DNA of 25,578 nucleotides from a virus (IMGVR_UViG_3300028906_000013:1-25578), one strand, 5' to 3'; counted from the stretch's first letter, positions 15,480-23,776 are shown. Translations and numbers: made by a program. Notes: generated by a model not told the origin, from the sequence alone.

Positions 15480-16013
15480 TTACGTTCCCGCGACATGATC
15501 ATCCGAGTCATCGGCCCGCTGCGACCCTGCTTTAGGAGGCTGAGAACTTCCTGGCCGGGCTGGCTGAACCTGCTTAGGCGTGACTCGCGAGAGCTGATCG
15601 ATTGTCTCTTGCGTCAGCGGCAGGGCTTCGCGACCCAGCACTAGCGTCGGGCCGTGTGCGTGATACTCGCCGATACTTGGAGCCGCTGGTGCGGGGGGTG
15701 GCACAGTCGTCTCTTGGCGATCCTGAAGCCACTTAAGCCTTGCACCCTTCGCCCAGATGCCCAGGAAGAAGAACACCAGGAATAGGAGGAACAGGAAGGC
15801 TTCGACGTGTATATGGAGCACTACGACCGCTCCAAACAGTGCGAGGACGACCAAGATGCGTTCAGCGATCTTGATTGCAGGATGCTCGCTGACCTCGAAA
15901 AGCCAGCGCAAGCCATGCACCAGCGCCAATGGCCAGAACCACGCCCGATACATGAGCCATCGGATCGGATGGCGCGCTCGATCCAGCCCCGATGGAGGTA
16001 GCGTCCCCGACAC
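15480..16013 (-). CDS. Membrane protein (2-3 TM) with Pro-rich cytoplasmic tail
   Basis: Hydrophobic segments ILVVLALFGAVVVL and AFLFLLFLVFFFLGIW. Confidence 0.65.
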   Translation of the reverse strand: MSGTLPPSGLDRARHPIRWLMYRAWFWPLALVHGLRWLFEVSEHPAIKIAERILVVLALFGAVVVLHIHVEAFLFLLFLVFFFLGIWAKGARLKWLQDRQETTVPPPAPAAPSIGEYHAHGPTLVLGREALPLTQETIDQLSRVTPKQVQPARPGSSQPPKAGSQRADDSDDHVAGT

Positions 16014-16028
16014 GCCGTCGGAGTCTGA

Positions 16029-16280
16029 CTAGTCGAACAGCTCGATGCTTTCTTCGCGGAACGCCGCCACGACCAGGTCGAGCGCGTCCAGCCGCGACAG
16101 GCACGGGGAGGCCCAAAGCCGCTCACCGTGCCGGACAACAACGCGATCGGCCGCGAGCGTCTTGACAGCCGCTACAGCGCCCGAGCCAAGCAGACGCTCC
16201 AGACCATCTAGCGTGCGCTCGCGTTCAAGGACGAGGCGCACAACCTCGCGTTGCATCGCCGTGTCGTCCGTTCGCAGCAT
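16029..16280 (-). CDS. Small winged-helix-like protein
   Basis: VVRLVLE..TLDGLERLLG..AVAAVKTLAADRVVVRHGERLWAS resembles a wHTH (helix-turn-helix plus beta-wing). Confidence 0.6.
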   Translation of the reverse strand: MLRTDDTAMQREVVRLVLERERTLDGLERLLGSGAVAAVKTLAADRVVVRHGERLWASPCLSRLDALDLVVAAFREESIELFD

Positions 16281-16394
16281 CGCCTTGGACCGTAGACCGC
16301 AAAGGGCATCGTTTGCAGGGGAAAATCAAAATGATGCACTACCCAAGATCCGATGGGCCCTCCGTAGGGTGTGGCCCGTGAAGGCTGTACCTCG

Positions 16395-18026
16395 TTAGAG
16401 CTTCCCTTCTTCTCTTAGCTTGTCTGCGATCTGGTTCAGGTCTATGACCTGGGGGGTGCCTAGCGGTGTGAGCGTCACGACGCCCCAATAGGCGAGCGTC
16501 ACGCTGACCAGCGGGGAGATGTCCACGCTTGAGTCTTTGCGGCTCCAAGCCCACGCCTCGCTCAGGGAGCGCTTGGTTGCGCCCTTGATAGCGGAGGCGA
16601 GCTCGATCTCCCCGAGATGGCGGAGAGTGTCTTGCTTCACCGCGTCGAAGAACATCCCGCACGCCTGAGCGTGCTCTTTCGCGTTGACGACCGTGATTTC
16701 CCGGTCGACCAAGCCCGAGAGTAGATCGCCGTGCTCGGACTCGCGTAGCGCCTTTGTGAGGTCCGGCAGTAGGGCGCCGGCAGGCCCGGAAGCATCGAGG
16801 ATGACAGCGGTCGGCTTGTGCTTCCAGACGACCTCGACAAGGCGGTCTGCAACCCATCCGGTACCGCGCTTGTGCTCGACGAGCTCGACATGCACCTTCG
16901 AGTCGCTGCGCCGCCCTGCGACACCCAGGGCAGACCACGAGCGGTCGGGGGTCACGTCGATCTCGAAGCACAATGGACCCGCAGCCTCGGAGAGTTCGTC
17001 GGTGCGTGCCGCCCAGTCCTCCGGGCTGATCACGACACCATCCAAACCATCAGTGCGGGGCCACGCCCCGACGTTCAATCTCTCCACGGCAAACGCCCTA
17101 GGGGACATGGAGCGCTGCTCCTTCGCCACATAGCTCGGAGAGATCCGGATCCCCAACGCGGGGTTGGCTTCCGCCCACCGTTCGGGGTCGATCGCCATCT
17201 CCGGCGTCACGTCCTCCGGGCGATCAGCGTCAACCGAATGCTCGCCGTAGACCAGCGAAGGATCACCACCAGCTATCCCTCTCTCCCTCAGTCGGGCGAA
17301 GACCACGGCGTCATGTGCGGGGTCTTCCTCGTCGCCAGCTGATCCGGTGTACCAAATCTGCGGGTTGGGCTGGGCGGAGAGGATCGGCATCAGCGTGCCG
17401 TGGAACGCCTCCGGCAGGATCATCGCCTCATCGCAATACAAGCAGCCACAGGAGAACCCTCGGCCACCCGAACCCGTCCGGGGACGAAAGCGGAGCCTCG
17501 GCGCGACCCCCGTCCGAGGATGGCGGTGCAGGAGGATTTCCTCGCTGCCCTTCCCGCGCCTGATTTTCTTCACACGACGAGAGAACTCCGGTGTCCCTTC
17601 GATCAGATCCTCCAAGCGAAGAAACTGCTCCAGGGACGTATCGGCCATGTGGGCTGAGTGGATCTGCAGCGGTTCTTCGAGGAGGAACAAGCCCCCGAGC
17701 TGGCGGGCCTCAAGCTCCCCGTTCTTTCCGTTCTGGCGAGGAACAGTCAACCCGACCTCGAGCGCCGCCCACTGCCCATCCGAGGTTTCCCCCAACGCAG
17801 CAGTTAGATGAGCCTGCTGCCAAGGATCAAGGATCAGGCCACCCATCCGGGCGAGGTCGATCACTTCCGCACCCGACGACGACGCGTACGGGGGAGCCCA
17901 GAAAATCCTCGCTACCTGGCTACCGAGCAGCGCGTCGTTCGGGCCGACGATTGGCCCGCTGCTCCTTCCGAGTTGCCCAGCGGCAGTTCTCCGGGGAGTA
18001 GGGGCCTTCGTTGTCAATGCGCTCAA
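16395..18026 (-). CDS. terL: Terminase large subunit
   Basis: LDPWQ adenine-binding motif, Walker A VPRQNGKN, Walker B LYCDEA, YTGSA coupling motif, nuclease motifs IDVTPDR and [11 protein letters not shown]; SD GGAGG 9 nt before TTG 18026. Confidence 0.95.
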
Positions 18027-18417
18027 GGGTCATACCCTCCGGGCGATCACCCATGTCGGCAATGAACTGTGCGGGATCGTCCCATCGGGGATCAACACTT
18101 ATGCCGCGTCCGCCGTAGTGAGGGTAGTCACGCCGCTTGGCGTTATTGCATCGCGCGTGCATCGCCGCCCACGTTTTGAACAGCGGGTGATAAGTGAGCC
18201 CATGACTACGATGGGTCTCGGCCGTCCGGTCGCGGGCGAAGCATCCGCACGATCGAGCGGACCCCCGCTTGAGATTGGCGGCCACCACAGCGACCTCTTC
18301 GCCGCAGTCGCAGAGACAGTCGTAAACGCGGTGGCGCCGCCGACGCTCCGGCGAAAGGCCGGTGACAGTCAACCGTCCAAAGCGGGACCCTACCCGGATC
18401 GTTGGCGCAGGTGCCAT
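17920..18417 (-). CDS. HNH homing endonuclease (free-standing, inserted between terS and terL)
   Basis: [57 protein letters not shown] 18417 lies 6 nt after a TAGAAT -10-like hexamer. Confidence 0.9.
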   Translation of the reverse strand: MAPAPTIRVGSRFGRLTVTGLSPERRRRHRVYDCLCDCGEEVAVVAANLKRGSARSCGCFARDRTAETHRSHGLTYHPLFKTWAAMHARCNNAKRRDYPHYGGRGISVDPRWDDPAQFIADMGDRPEGMTLERIDNEGPYSPENCRWATRKEQRANRRPERRAAR

Positions 18418-18433
18418 GCACACATTCTAGTAG

Positions 18434-18880
18434 CTAGTGTGCCGCCTGACGGCGCTTTGCACGGGCAGCGGAGAGATCGTCGAGGCCATCCTTTGTCTGC
18501 TCCTCCGGTGCCAGATCCCGAAGGGCACCCAAGACTTCCCGCATCTCCCGAGCACACATGCTCTTCGACGTAGCCGAGTTGAACGGATGCTCGATTTCAT
18601 AGGCCAGCCTGATCGCAGCAGCAGCCAGGGCGGATTCCGCGAGTTCCGGTGAGCGCTCGCGGATCTTGTCCACGTCATGCTCAGCAGCCGAGATCACATT
18701 CGAACGAGACGAGACCCCGAGCCCTTTCGGGAACAGCTCGTTAGCGAGATCCGCGGACATCTCCACCAGGCACCGCGAGCTAAACGGTCCGTAGACGCTG
18801 ATGACAGTCGCGCCACGCTCGCCCAGATCGGACGGCTTTGCTTTCGTCCGTGGCTTGGCTGTAGCTTTAGGCGTGCTCAC
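18434..18880 (-). CDS. terS: Terminase small subunit (putative)
   Basis: Between packaging HNH and terL; helical LAAAAIRLAYEIE..AREMREVLGAL and C-terminal DGLDDLSAARAKRR typical of actinophage TerS. Confidence 0.75.
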   Translation of the reverse strand: MSTPKATAKPRTKAKPSDLGERGATVISVYGPFSSRCLVEMSADLANELFPKGLGVSSRSNVISAAEHDVDKIRERSPELAESALAAAAIRLAYEIEHPFNSATSKSMCAREMREVLGALRDLAPEEQTKDGLDDLSAARAKRRQAAH

Positions 18881-19170
18881 CAGTCTCTCGATTTCCTCCG
18901 ACGCACGCGAGTCGCCTGCCTGTAAGGGTCACGACCCGACGTCGCTCGGTTGCAAGCCTGATGCTCAGGGCCGCGAGTGACACGCCGGTCAATATCGTCA
19001 TGGCCGAGATCCCAGTCGGAACCCGGCAAGATCGCATACCCACACCGCCAGCAGCACACGCCGCCAGCTTCCACGCGGGCCTTCCACATCTCCCGGCGCT
19101 TCCGGTGCTCACGGTCATAACCACGTTTGGCCGAGTTCGGCCGGTTTCGTTCCCGCTCCCGGCTTGGCAT
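18877..19170 (-). CDS. Packaging-associated HNH endonuclease (HK97 gp74-like role)
   Basis: RGYDREH, CWRCG, WDLGH, GPEH..CNR; GTGA-coupled to terS. Confidence 0.85.
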   Translation of the reverse strand: MPSRERERNRPNSAKRGYDREHRKRREMWKARVEAGGVCCWRCGYAILPGSDWDLGHDDIDRRVTRGPEHQACNRATSGRDPYRQATRVRRRKSRDW

Positions 19171-19378
19171 TACGCAGCCACCACGTCTGCACCGACGCGC
19201 GCTTGATAAGGCGAGTTTTCAGGCCCTCCCGCGATTTGGCTTTCTAGAGCCGCATCAGAGCTTAACGCGTTTCGTGGGGGGGAACGACGTTGACCGCGGG
19301 TCACCTAGAGTCAACCCCGACTTTCGTACCGGGCGCCGGTAGGGCTGTGCCTGCCTCGCTCTACGTACATACGTAGTC

Positions 19379-19780
19379 TCAGGCTGTGGTGCTACCTGCG
19401 AGGTCTGCGCTGAGGTCCTGGCAGCAGATGCTTGCGACCATCTCAAGTGGTGCTCGTTCGATCAGCTGTGGTGCCATGCATATGAACGCTCTGCGCTCAC
19501 CATGCTCAGCAACGATGAAGTTCTCTGGCGTGTAGATCCGCTGACCGATGATTGCCTTGTGTCGGTCCGGTAGATCATCCCAGCACCCGTAGAACGTGAT
19601 GCTGTCGCAGTTGATCTTGCCGTCTTGGTGTGCCTTATAGCGGTCCATGTCGCTAGTCAAGACAGGTACGCCCCACTTCCCACTGCCCTTGATCACACCG
19701 TCAAAGCCATCGAAGAAATCATTGAGAGGCTCTACCCCTACGTCAGGCGTTAGTGCAGGGGGCTGGGCCGTGATCGACAT
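19379..19780 (-). CDS. Hypothetical protein (133 aa), paralog of 21319..21606
   Basis: SD GGGAG before ATG 19780 (MSITAQPP); 34/80 ungapped identities (hand count) to 21319..21606. Confidence 0.75.
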   Translation of the reverse strand: MSITAQPPALTPDVGVEPLNDFFDGFDGVIKGSGKWGVPVLTSDMDRYKAHQDGKINCDSITFYGCWDDLPDRHKAIIGQRIYTPENFIVAEHGERRAFICMAPQLIERAPLEMVASICCQDLSADLAGSTTA

Positions 19781-19918
19781 TTGCTCTCCCTTCGGGTTAC
19801 GGCCGCCGTGCAGGGCTACGGCGAGCAAGAGGACGCCGATCCCCACGCGGGGTGGCGAGTCAGTGGCAGCGAGCGAGGCGCCCAAGGCGCCGACGATGAG
19901 TCGCTGCGAGTCGTCCAG

Positions 19919-20020
19919 CCGCATACATATGCGGATCGGACGGAGATATTACGTCCTTAGAATAAAGACCCGTAGTTTCTACGGACGCAGGGGTTTTGGC
20001 TTATACAGTGGCTTTATATG
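19919..20020 (-). promoter_or_regulatory. AT-rich region with three consecutive dyads; candidate late promoter/operator region
   Basis: CCGCATA-CA-TATGCGG (19919-19934), GGACG-N9-CGTCC (19938-19956), CCGTAG-TTT-CTACGG (19970-19984); non-coding boundary between accessory and packaging genes. Confidence 0.5.
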
Positions 20021-20029
20021 TGTGGGCGC

Positions 20030-20257
20030 TCATGCCGCTCTCCTTATCGGCTGCCACGGCTGACGGGCATGACCGTGACGCTTCCTGGAAACCGGGACTC
20101 GCCTAGAGTCGTAGAACGCCAGCCTGCGCTTAGTAGGACCGTAGATAGGAGGGTCGTTCTTCAATGCTCTGAGGATGAGCGTCTCGTCTACGGGGTGATG
20201 TGGCTGGTTTGAGTCGCAGCGCTTGCATCTACATCCGCTTGCGTGATCGACGGCCAT
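20030..20257 (-). CDS. Hypothetical protein (75 aa) with N-terminal HxxxCxCxxC motif
   Basis: SD GGAGG before ATG 20257; MAVDHASGCRCKRCD... Confidence 0.55.
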   Translation of the reverse strand: MAVDHASGCRCKRCDSNQPHHPVDETLILRALKNDPPIYGPTKRRLAFYDSRRVPVSRKRHGHARQPWQPIRRAA

Positions 20258-20258
20258 C

Positions 20259-20399
20259 TCAGCCCTCCGCAAATATGAGGAGGAAAGCGAGGCCAATCGA
20301 GAAGCAGACGACGGCCGAGAGCGGTGTGTGCACGATCGCCAGAAAACCTGCGAACGGAATGTAGATAAGCAGCCGATACCACCAGTGGTGCGTAGACAT
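20259..20399 (-). CDS. Small two-TM membrane protein (46 aa)
   Basis: Not in ORF track: SD GGAGG, then MSTHHWWYRLLIYIPFAGFLAIVHTPLSAVVCFSIGLAFLLIFAEG*. Confidence 0.55.
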   Translation of the reverse strand: MSTHHWWYRLLIYIPFAGFLAIVHTPLSAVVCFSIGLAFLLIFAEG

Positions 20400-20410
20400 G
20401 CCCCTCCCCA

Positions 20411-20602
20411 TCACGATTCGAGCCAATCGGCTTCACGAAAGTTCATCTCGCCCGGCAACGGTGGAACTGGATCGCCGCGTTCAAGCATCCCCAGCAGCGA
20501 GCCGCAAACGTAGCTCGGCAACGCCCCGTGGATCACTTCGTACTCGACAATCGCCTCAAGAGCGCGATCTGGACTGCGCGGCTCCCTGCGCAACGGACTC
20601 AC
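20411..20602 (-). CDS. Hypothetical protein (63 aa)
   Basis: SD GGAGG before GTG 20602; protein-like composition. Confidence 0.5.
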   Translation of the reverse strand: MSPLRREPRSPDRALEAIVEYEVIHGALPSYVCGSLLGMLERGDPVPPLPGEMNFREADWLES

Positions 20603-20717
20603 GATCCCCCTCCATCGGTCAAGCAGCTAGAGCGAGGTGATCCGGCTCTGAGCAGGGGTCGGCCCCCTTCTGGTCCATATCCTATACCACGGGGGTGGAC
20701 AGAACCAAATCCATCGC

Positions 20718-20999
20718 CTACTCGTACTCCCCAAGCGCCGTCCGACAGGCAGGCGCAGCATCGATCACCACGCCGTGAATCACGTTGTGCTCGGTACTGG
20801 ACTCTCCGAGGTTCGTAGCAGCCGCTTCTGCCAGATCGCGCGTTGAATAGGCCCCGTACAGGAGCGCGCCTTCGAAATCGGTGTACTGGAGAAGGACGAA
20901 GGCCTCCCGATGGGATGGTTCGCGGCTCTCCGCTGGCTCGGGTTGGGCTGTGGGCTTTTGCCAGCCACCACGACTGCGCGTGATTGGTTCGTCGCTCAT
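20718..20999 (-). CDS. Hypothetical phage protein (93 aa)
   Basis: ATGA-coupled start at 20999; AFVLLQY..LYGAYSTRDLAEAA is a common small phage beta-beta-alpha pattern. Confidence 0.6.
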   Translation of the reverse strand: MSDEPITRSRGGWQKPTAQPEPAESREPSHREAFVLLQYTDFEGALLYGAYSTRDLAEAAATNLGESSTEHNVIHGVVIDAAPACRTALGEYE

Positions 21000-21322
21000 G
21001 CGGGTTCGTGCATTGGCTCGATGTATAGGCGGAAGTTGATCGGTAGCAGCGAGCGATCCCATCCCTCGTCAAGAGCGGTTGCTATCGCGGCATCACGATC
21101 TGCGCAACCCGTTCCACAGACCCTTAGCGTCAGACTCCCCGCCGCTGGAAAGGCATCGAGGGATTCGACCTCGGCAAGCTGGAAGTTGGTCTCGGTCAAA
21201 AGGCTGTGTGCGTGCTGCATGTAGTCCTTGGCCGTGATCATGCGAATCGCGTCGTCAGCGATGCCCTGAGGCTTCCCTTCCGCCAACCATGCTTCGCGGG
21301 TGAGCGTCAAGCGTTGAGTCAT
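20996..21322 (-). CDS. Hypothetical protein (108 aa)
   Basis: ATGA overlaps at both ends; MTQRLTLTREAWLAEG... Confidence 0.6.
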   Translation of the reverse strand: MTQRLTLTREAWLAEGKPQGIADDAIRMITAKDYMQHAHSLLTETNFQLAEVESLDAFPAAGSLTLRVCGTGCADRDAAIATALDEGWDRSLLPINFRLYIEPMHEPA

Positions 21323-21606
21323 GCCGCGACCCTGGAGAGATCCGCCGTCAGGTCCTCGCAAATGATCCTCGGCAGCAGATCATCCGGTGCCTGTTCGATC
21401 AGCTGGTTGGCGAGACTGATCCAGGCGAAGGCTTGACCACGCCACGCGACGGCATAGCTCTCATCGGAGTAGAGACGCGTTCTGACGCTGGCTGCGACCG
21501 CGAACGGTAGATCCTCGTAGCTGTCGAATAGCTCCAGACGGTCGCAGTGGATCTTGCCGTCCGTCATGGCCTTGGTGAGCTTTACGCGAAGCTCGGGGTT
21601 GGTCAT
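21319..21606 (-). CDS. Hypothetical protein (95 aa), paralog of 19379..19780
   Basis: ATGA-coupled start at 21606 (MTNPELRVK); DGKIHCD, DLP, QLIEQAP and CEDLTADL motifs shared with the paralog. Confidence 0.75.
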   Translation of the reverse strand: MTNPELRVKLTKAMTDGKIHCDRLELFDSYEDLPFAVAASVRTRLYSDESYAVAWRGQAFAWISLANQLIEQAPDDLLPRIICEDLTADLSRVAA

Positions 21607-22226
21607 GTCGGAAATCGCCTTGTACGCCAAGCCGCCGCGCGGTCCATCACCGATTTGATCGCCGCCTCCCGGTCCGTGCACTCGGCAACGAACAGCGGGG
21701 CTTTGAGCGGGCCGCGATTCATGTGCTCAGCCGTGACAGGACGCTGATAGCGCTTTGCCAGATCGCCAGACACGTCGGCCTCGATACGCTGTTGCACCAG
21801 CGGCGACTCCATCTCGCGTTCTTCGACGTAGTACGGCCGGTGCCATTCGGCGGTGTAGACCGTTGCGATTCCGACTCCCGGTGGGAGCAGATCGAACTCC
21901 TCCACACTGTCGCCACCGCCAGCAGCGACGAACGCCTCGGCGTCTGCCTCAGCCTCAAAACAGGCTTCAATCGAGTAGTCGCTGTAGCTGCCCTCCGTGA
22001 CGGCGTAAATGGTGCGCTTCTCACCCACGCTTACCGTCACGATGATGCCGCTTGCACCGTCGATTGCAGGGCCAGCCACTTCGCGATCGTTCTCGTCAAG
22101 CCACGCCCAACCACCGTCCCCGCGCAGGTACACGCGAGTCGGCAGATCATCCGGTCGTGGCAAGCGAGTCCCCACCCATCCCGGCTCAGGCGCAGCGGCT
22201 CGTCCAGGCATGTTGTCGTCGCTCAT
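21603..22226 (-). CDS. Hypothetical phage protein (207 aa)
   Basis: ATGA-coupled; contains IYAVTEGSYSDYSIEACFE.EADAEAF..VEEFDL, a frequent small phage domain. Confidence 0.7.
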   Translation of the reverse strand: MSDDNMPGRAAAPEPGWVGTRLPRPDDLPTRVYLRGDGGWAWLDENDREVAGPAIDGASGIIVTVSVGEKRTIYAVTEGSYSDYSIEACFEAEADAEAFVAAGGGDSVEEFDLLPPGVGIATVYTAEWHRPYYVEEREMESPLVQQRIEADVSGDLAKRYQRPVTAEHMNRGPLKAPLFVAECTDREAAIKSVMDRAAAWRTRRFPT

Positions 22227-22516
22227 GCGATCTCGGGCTCCCTAAGCAATGGCTGGCGCTTCCAGTCAGACGATCGAAAACAGAACGTCACCCGGAACGA
22301 GCCATCCTCGTCAAGCCTCGGCTCCAGCTTGCACATCCGCCCTTCGAAAACCGCCCAGTCGCCCGGACAGTCAGGGCATGTCACCGTCGCAGACGTTGGC
22401 GCTCGGAGCACCTGACCACCACCGCGCTCGTGACCACCGAAGTAGCATCCGCATACAGGACAAGGCAGCCAGAAGTTGCCGTGGAGCTTTGCGTAGATGC
22501 GATTCAAAAGTCTCAT
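22223..22516 (-). CDS. Zn-binding hypothetical protein (two CxxC)
   Basis: FWLPCPVCG..FGGHE and CPDC; ATGA-coupled. Confidence 0.7.
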   Translation of the reverse strand: MRLLNRIYAKLHGNFWLPCPVCGCYFGGHERGGGQVLRAPTSATVTCPDCPGDWAVFEGRMCKLEPRLDEDGSFRVTFCFRSSDWKRQPLLREPEIA

Positions 22517-23043
22517 GCGGCACGTCCCAGCACACGTCTAATTGTACTCTTCGGCAGCTTCGTGACGAACTCGATCTGCCTCTCGGTCATGCCTTTGTCA
22601 GCCAGCCGAAGGGCCTCTTCTCGCTGATCCTTAGGCGGCGTATCGTCGGGCTCGGTCTGTGCTGTAGCCCACGCCATCCGCACGAATTTCTTGGTGGCCT
22701 TGAACTCGTTAGCGACCTCCTCGACCGTCCATCCCTGCCTGCACTTCGCCACGATCCGTTTTTCCAACTCCGCCTGGGTCTCCTCGACGATCACGACACG
22801 CTTCTGCTTCAACAGGCCCTTCAAGTGATCCTGGGCTTCTTTAAGGATCCGCTCGCGCTCGAGAACGCTCGCCTGGTCCCATCGTTCTCGCCACTCGACA
22901 TGCGGCGCGTTCTGCTCACCCGGGGGACGGCCATAGCTTCTCTCGCCGCTGGAAGTGTTTGGCTCCCAGCTGGTAGTGGTGCCGTGTTGTAGCCAGACTT
23001 CCATGTTGGCTAGGACCTGGCGGAACTCGGTTTCGATGCTCAA
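22513..23043 (-). CDS. Tandem helix-turn-helix DNA-binding protein (candidate late-gene regulator)
   Basis: Two HTH-like segments: GWTVEEVANEFKATKKFVR and GMTERQIEFVTKLPKSTIRRVL. Confidence 0.7.
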   Translation of the reverse strand: MSIETEFRQVLANMEVWLQHGTTTSWEPNTSSGERSYGRPPGEQNAPHVEWRERWDQASVLERERILKEAQDHLKGLLKQKRVVIVEETQAELEKRIVAKCRQGWTVEEVANEFKATKKFVRMAWATAQTEPDDTPPKDQREEALRLADKGMTERQIEFVTKLPKSTIRRVLGRAA

Positions 23044-23147
23044 CGCGCCACCCCAGCATTCGCGGCCGTCCGTTCTTTGCGTGCCTGGATGACAGCCCGT
23101 TTCCGGGCTTTCTTCGCCTGCCTGCTACTCAGCTTCCATTTGCTCAC
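23040..23147 (-). CDS. Small basic protein (35 aa)
   Basis: Not in ORF track: SD GAGGAGG, then GTG, MSKWKLSSRQAKKARKRAVIQARKERTAANAGVAR*; overlaps both neighbours. Confidence 0.5.
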   Translation of the reverse strand: MSKWKLSSRQAKKARKRAVIQARKERTAANAGVAR

Positions 23148-23311
23148 GTTGCCTCCTCGTTTGTGGATTTGCTTGCGTCCCCCAGTCGTCCGTGTTCATG
23201 GAGGAGCCCTTCAACGGCCTCTACGAGAGCATCGGGGGCGAGCTTCCAGGAGCGTCCGTCGGTTGGCTGGGTGCCCTCCAGTAGGTCGAGGATGGGACCA
23301 GCCTCAAGCAC
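23144..23311 (-). CDS. Small acidic hypothetical protein (55 aa; start uncertain)
   Basis: MLEAGPILDLLEGTQPTDGRSWKLAPDALVEAVEGLLHEHGRLG...EEAT*; stop overlaps the next GTG. Confidence 0.45.
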   Translation of the reverse strand: MLEAGPILDLLEGTQPTDGRSWKLAPDALVEAVEGLLHEHGRLGDASKSTNEEAT

Positions 23312-23345
23312 ATCGACTGACTCTCCATCCTCGAGATCAGCACCC

Positions 23346-23510
23346 CTAACGCCCGTTTCCCGCTGCGACGCTGCGTGATTCGTCGCTGCCCAGTCTCCCG
23401 ATGCTGTCCCGTAGTCCTGCCGCGTGCTCGAGGGCCTCCTGATGATCCAGGCTCAACAGGAACGCCACCTCGTTGCGCGTATAGCCAACAAGGGTGATCT
23501 CTTTGGACAA
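23346..23510 (-). CDS. Small hypothetical protein (54 aa)
   Basis: SD GGAGG, then TTG: MSKEITLVGYTRNEVAFLLSLDHQEALEHAAGLRDSIGRLG...GNGR*. Confidence 0.45.
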   Translation of the reverse strand: MSKEITLVGYTRNEVAFLLSLDHQEALEHAAGLRDSIGRLGSDESRSVAAGNGR

Positions 23511-23638
23511 TTCGTGCCTCCATCCGCTCGCCGTGTCATAACTCTGGGCTACGGAGGGACACGTTGAGGAGCGTGTCTTAGGTTACGGGAGCCCCGATCT
23601 GCCAAGGCGGGGCTTCTGTCGTGGAGGGGGCCTTATCA

Positions 23639-23776
23639 TCAGCTCAAGGTGCTCCTGCCGATGCGTAGGAGGTCGATGGCGAAGCAGGCCACGAAACCGA
23701 TCACCCACGGGTTACTGGTGACAGGGAAGGCCGGGGTGTGGCTGAGTAGCCAGATGATGAGCCACGCGATTGTCAC
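23639..23776 (-). CDS. Small membrane protein (45 aa)
   Basis: SD AAGGAG, GTGA-coupled: MTIAWLIIWLLSHTPAFPVTSNPWVIGFVACFAIDLLRIGRSTLS*. Confidence 0.55.
   Translation of the reverse strand: MTIAWLIIWLLSHTPAFPVTSNPWVIGFVACFAIDLLRIGRSTLS

Noticed and set aside
17920-18434. Group I intron or intein around the HNH
   Set aside because: No non-coding room for a ribozyme core, and terS and terL are each intact without intein motifs.
23520-23635. tRNA or other known ncRNA in the hairpin-containing gap
   Set aside because: Two hairpins (GACACG/CGTGTC, GCCCCG/CGGGGC) are present but there is no cloverleaf or T-loop motif; probably an ordinary terminator/promoter spacer.
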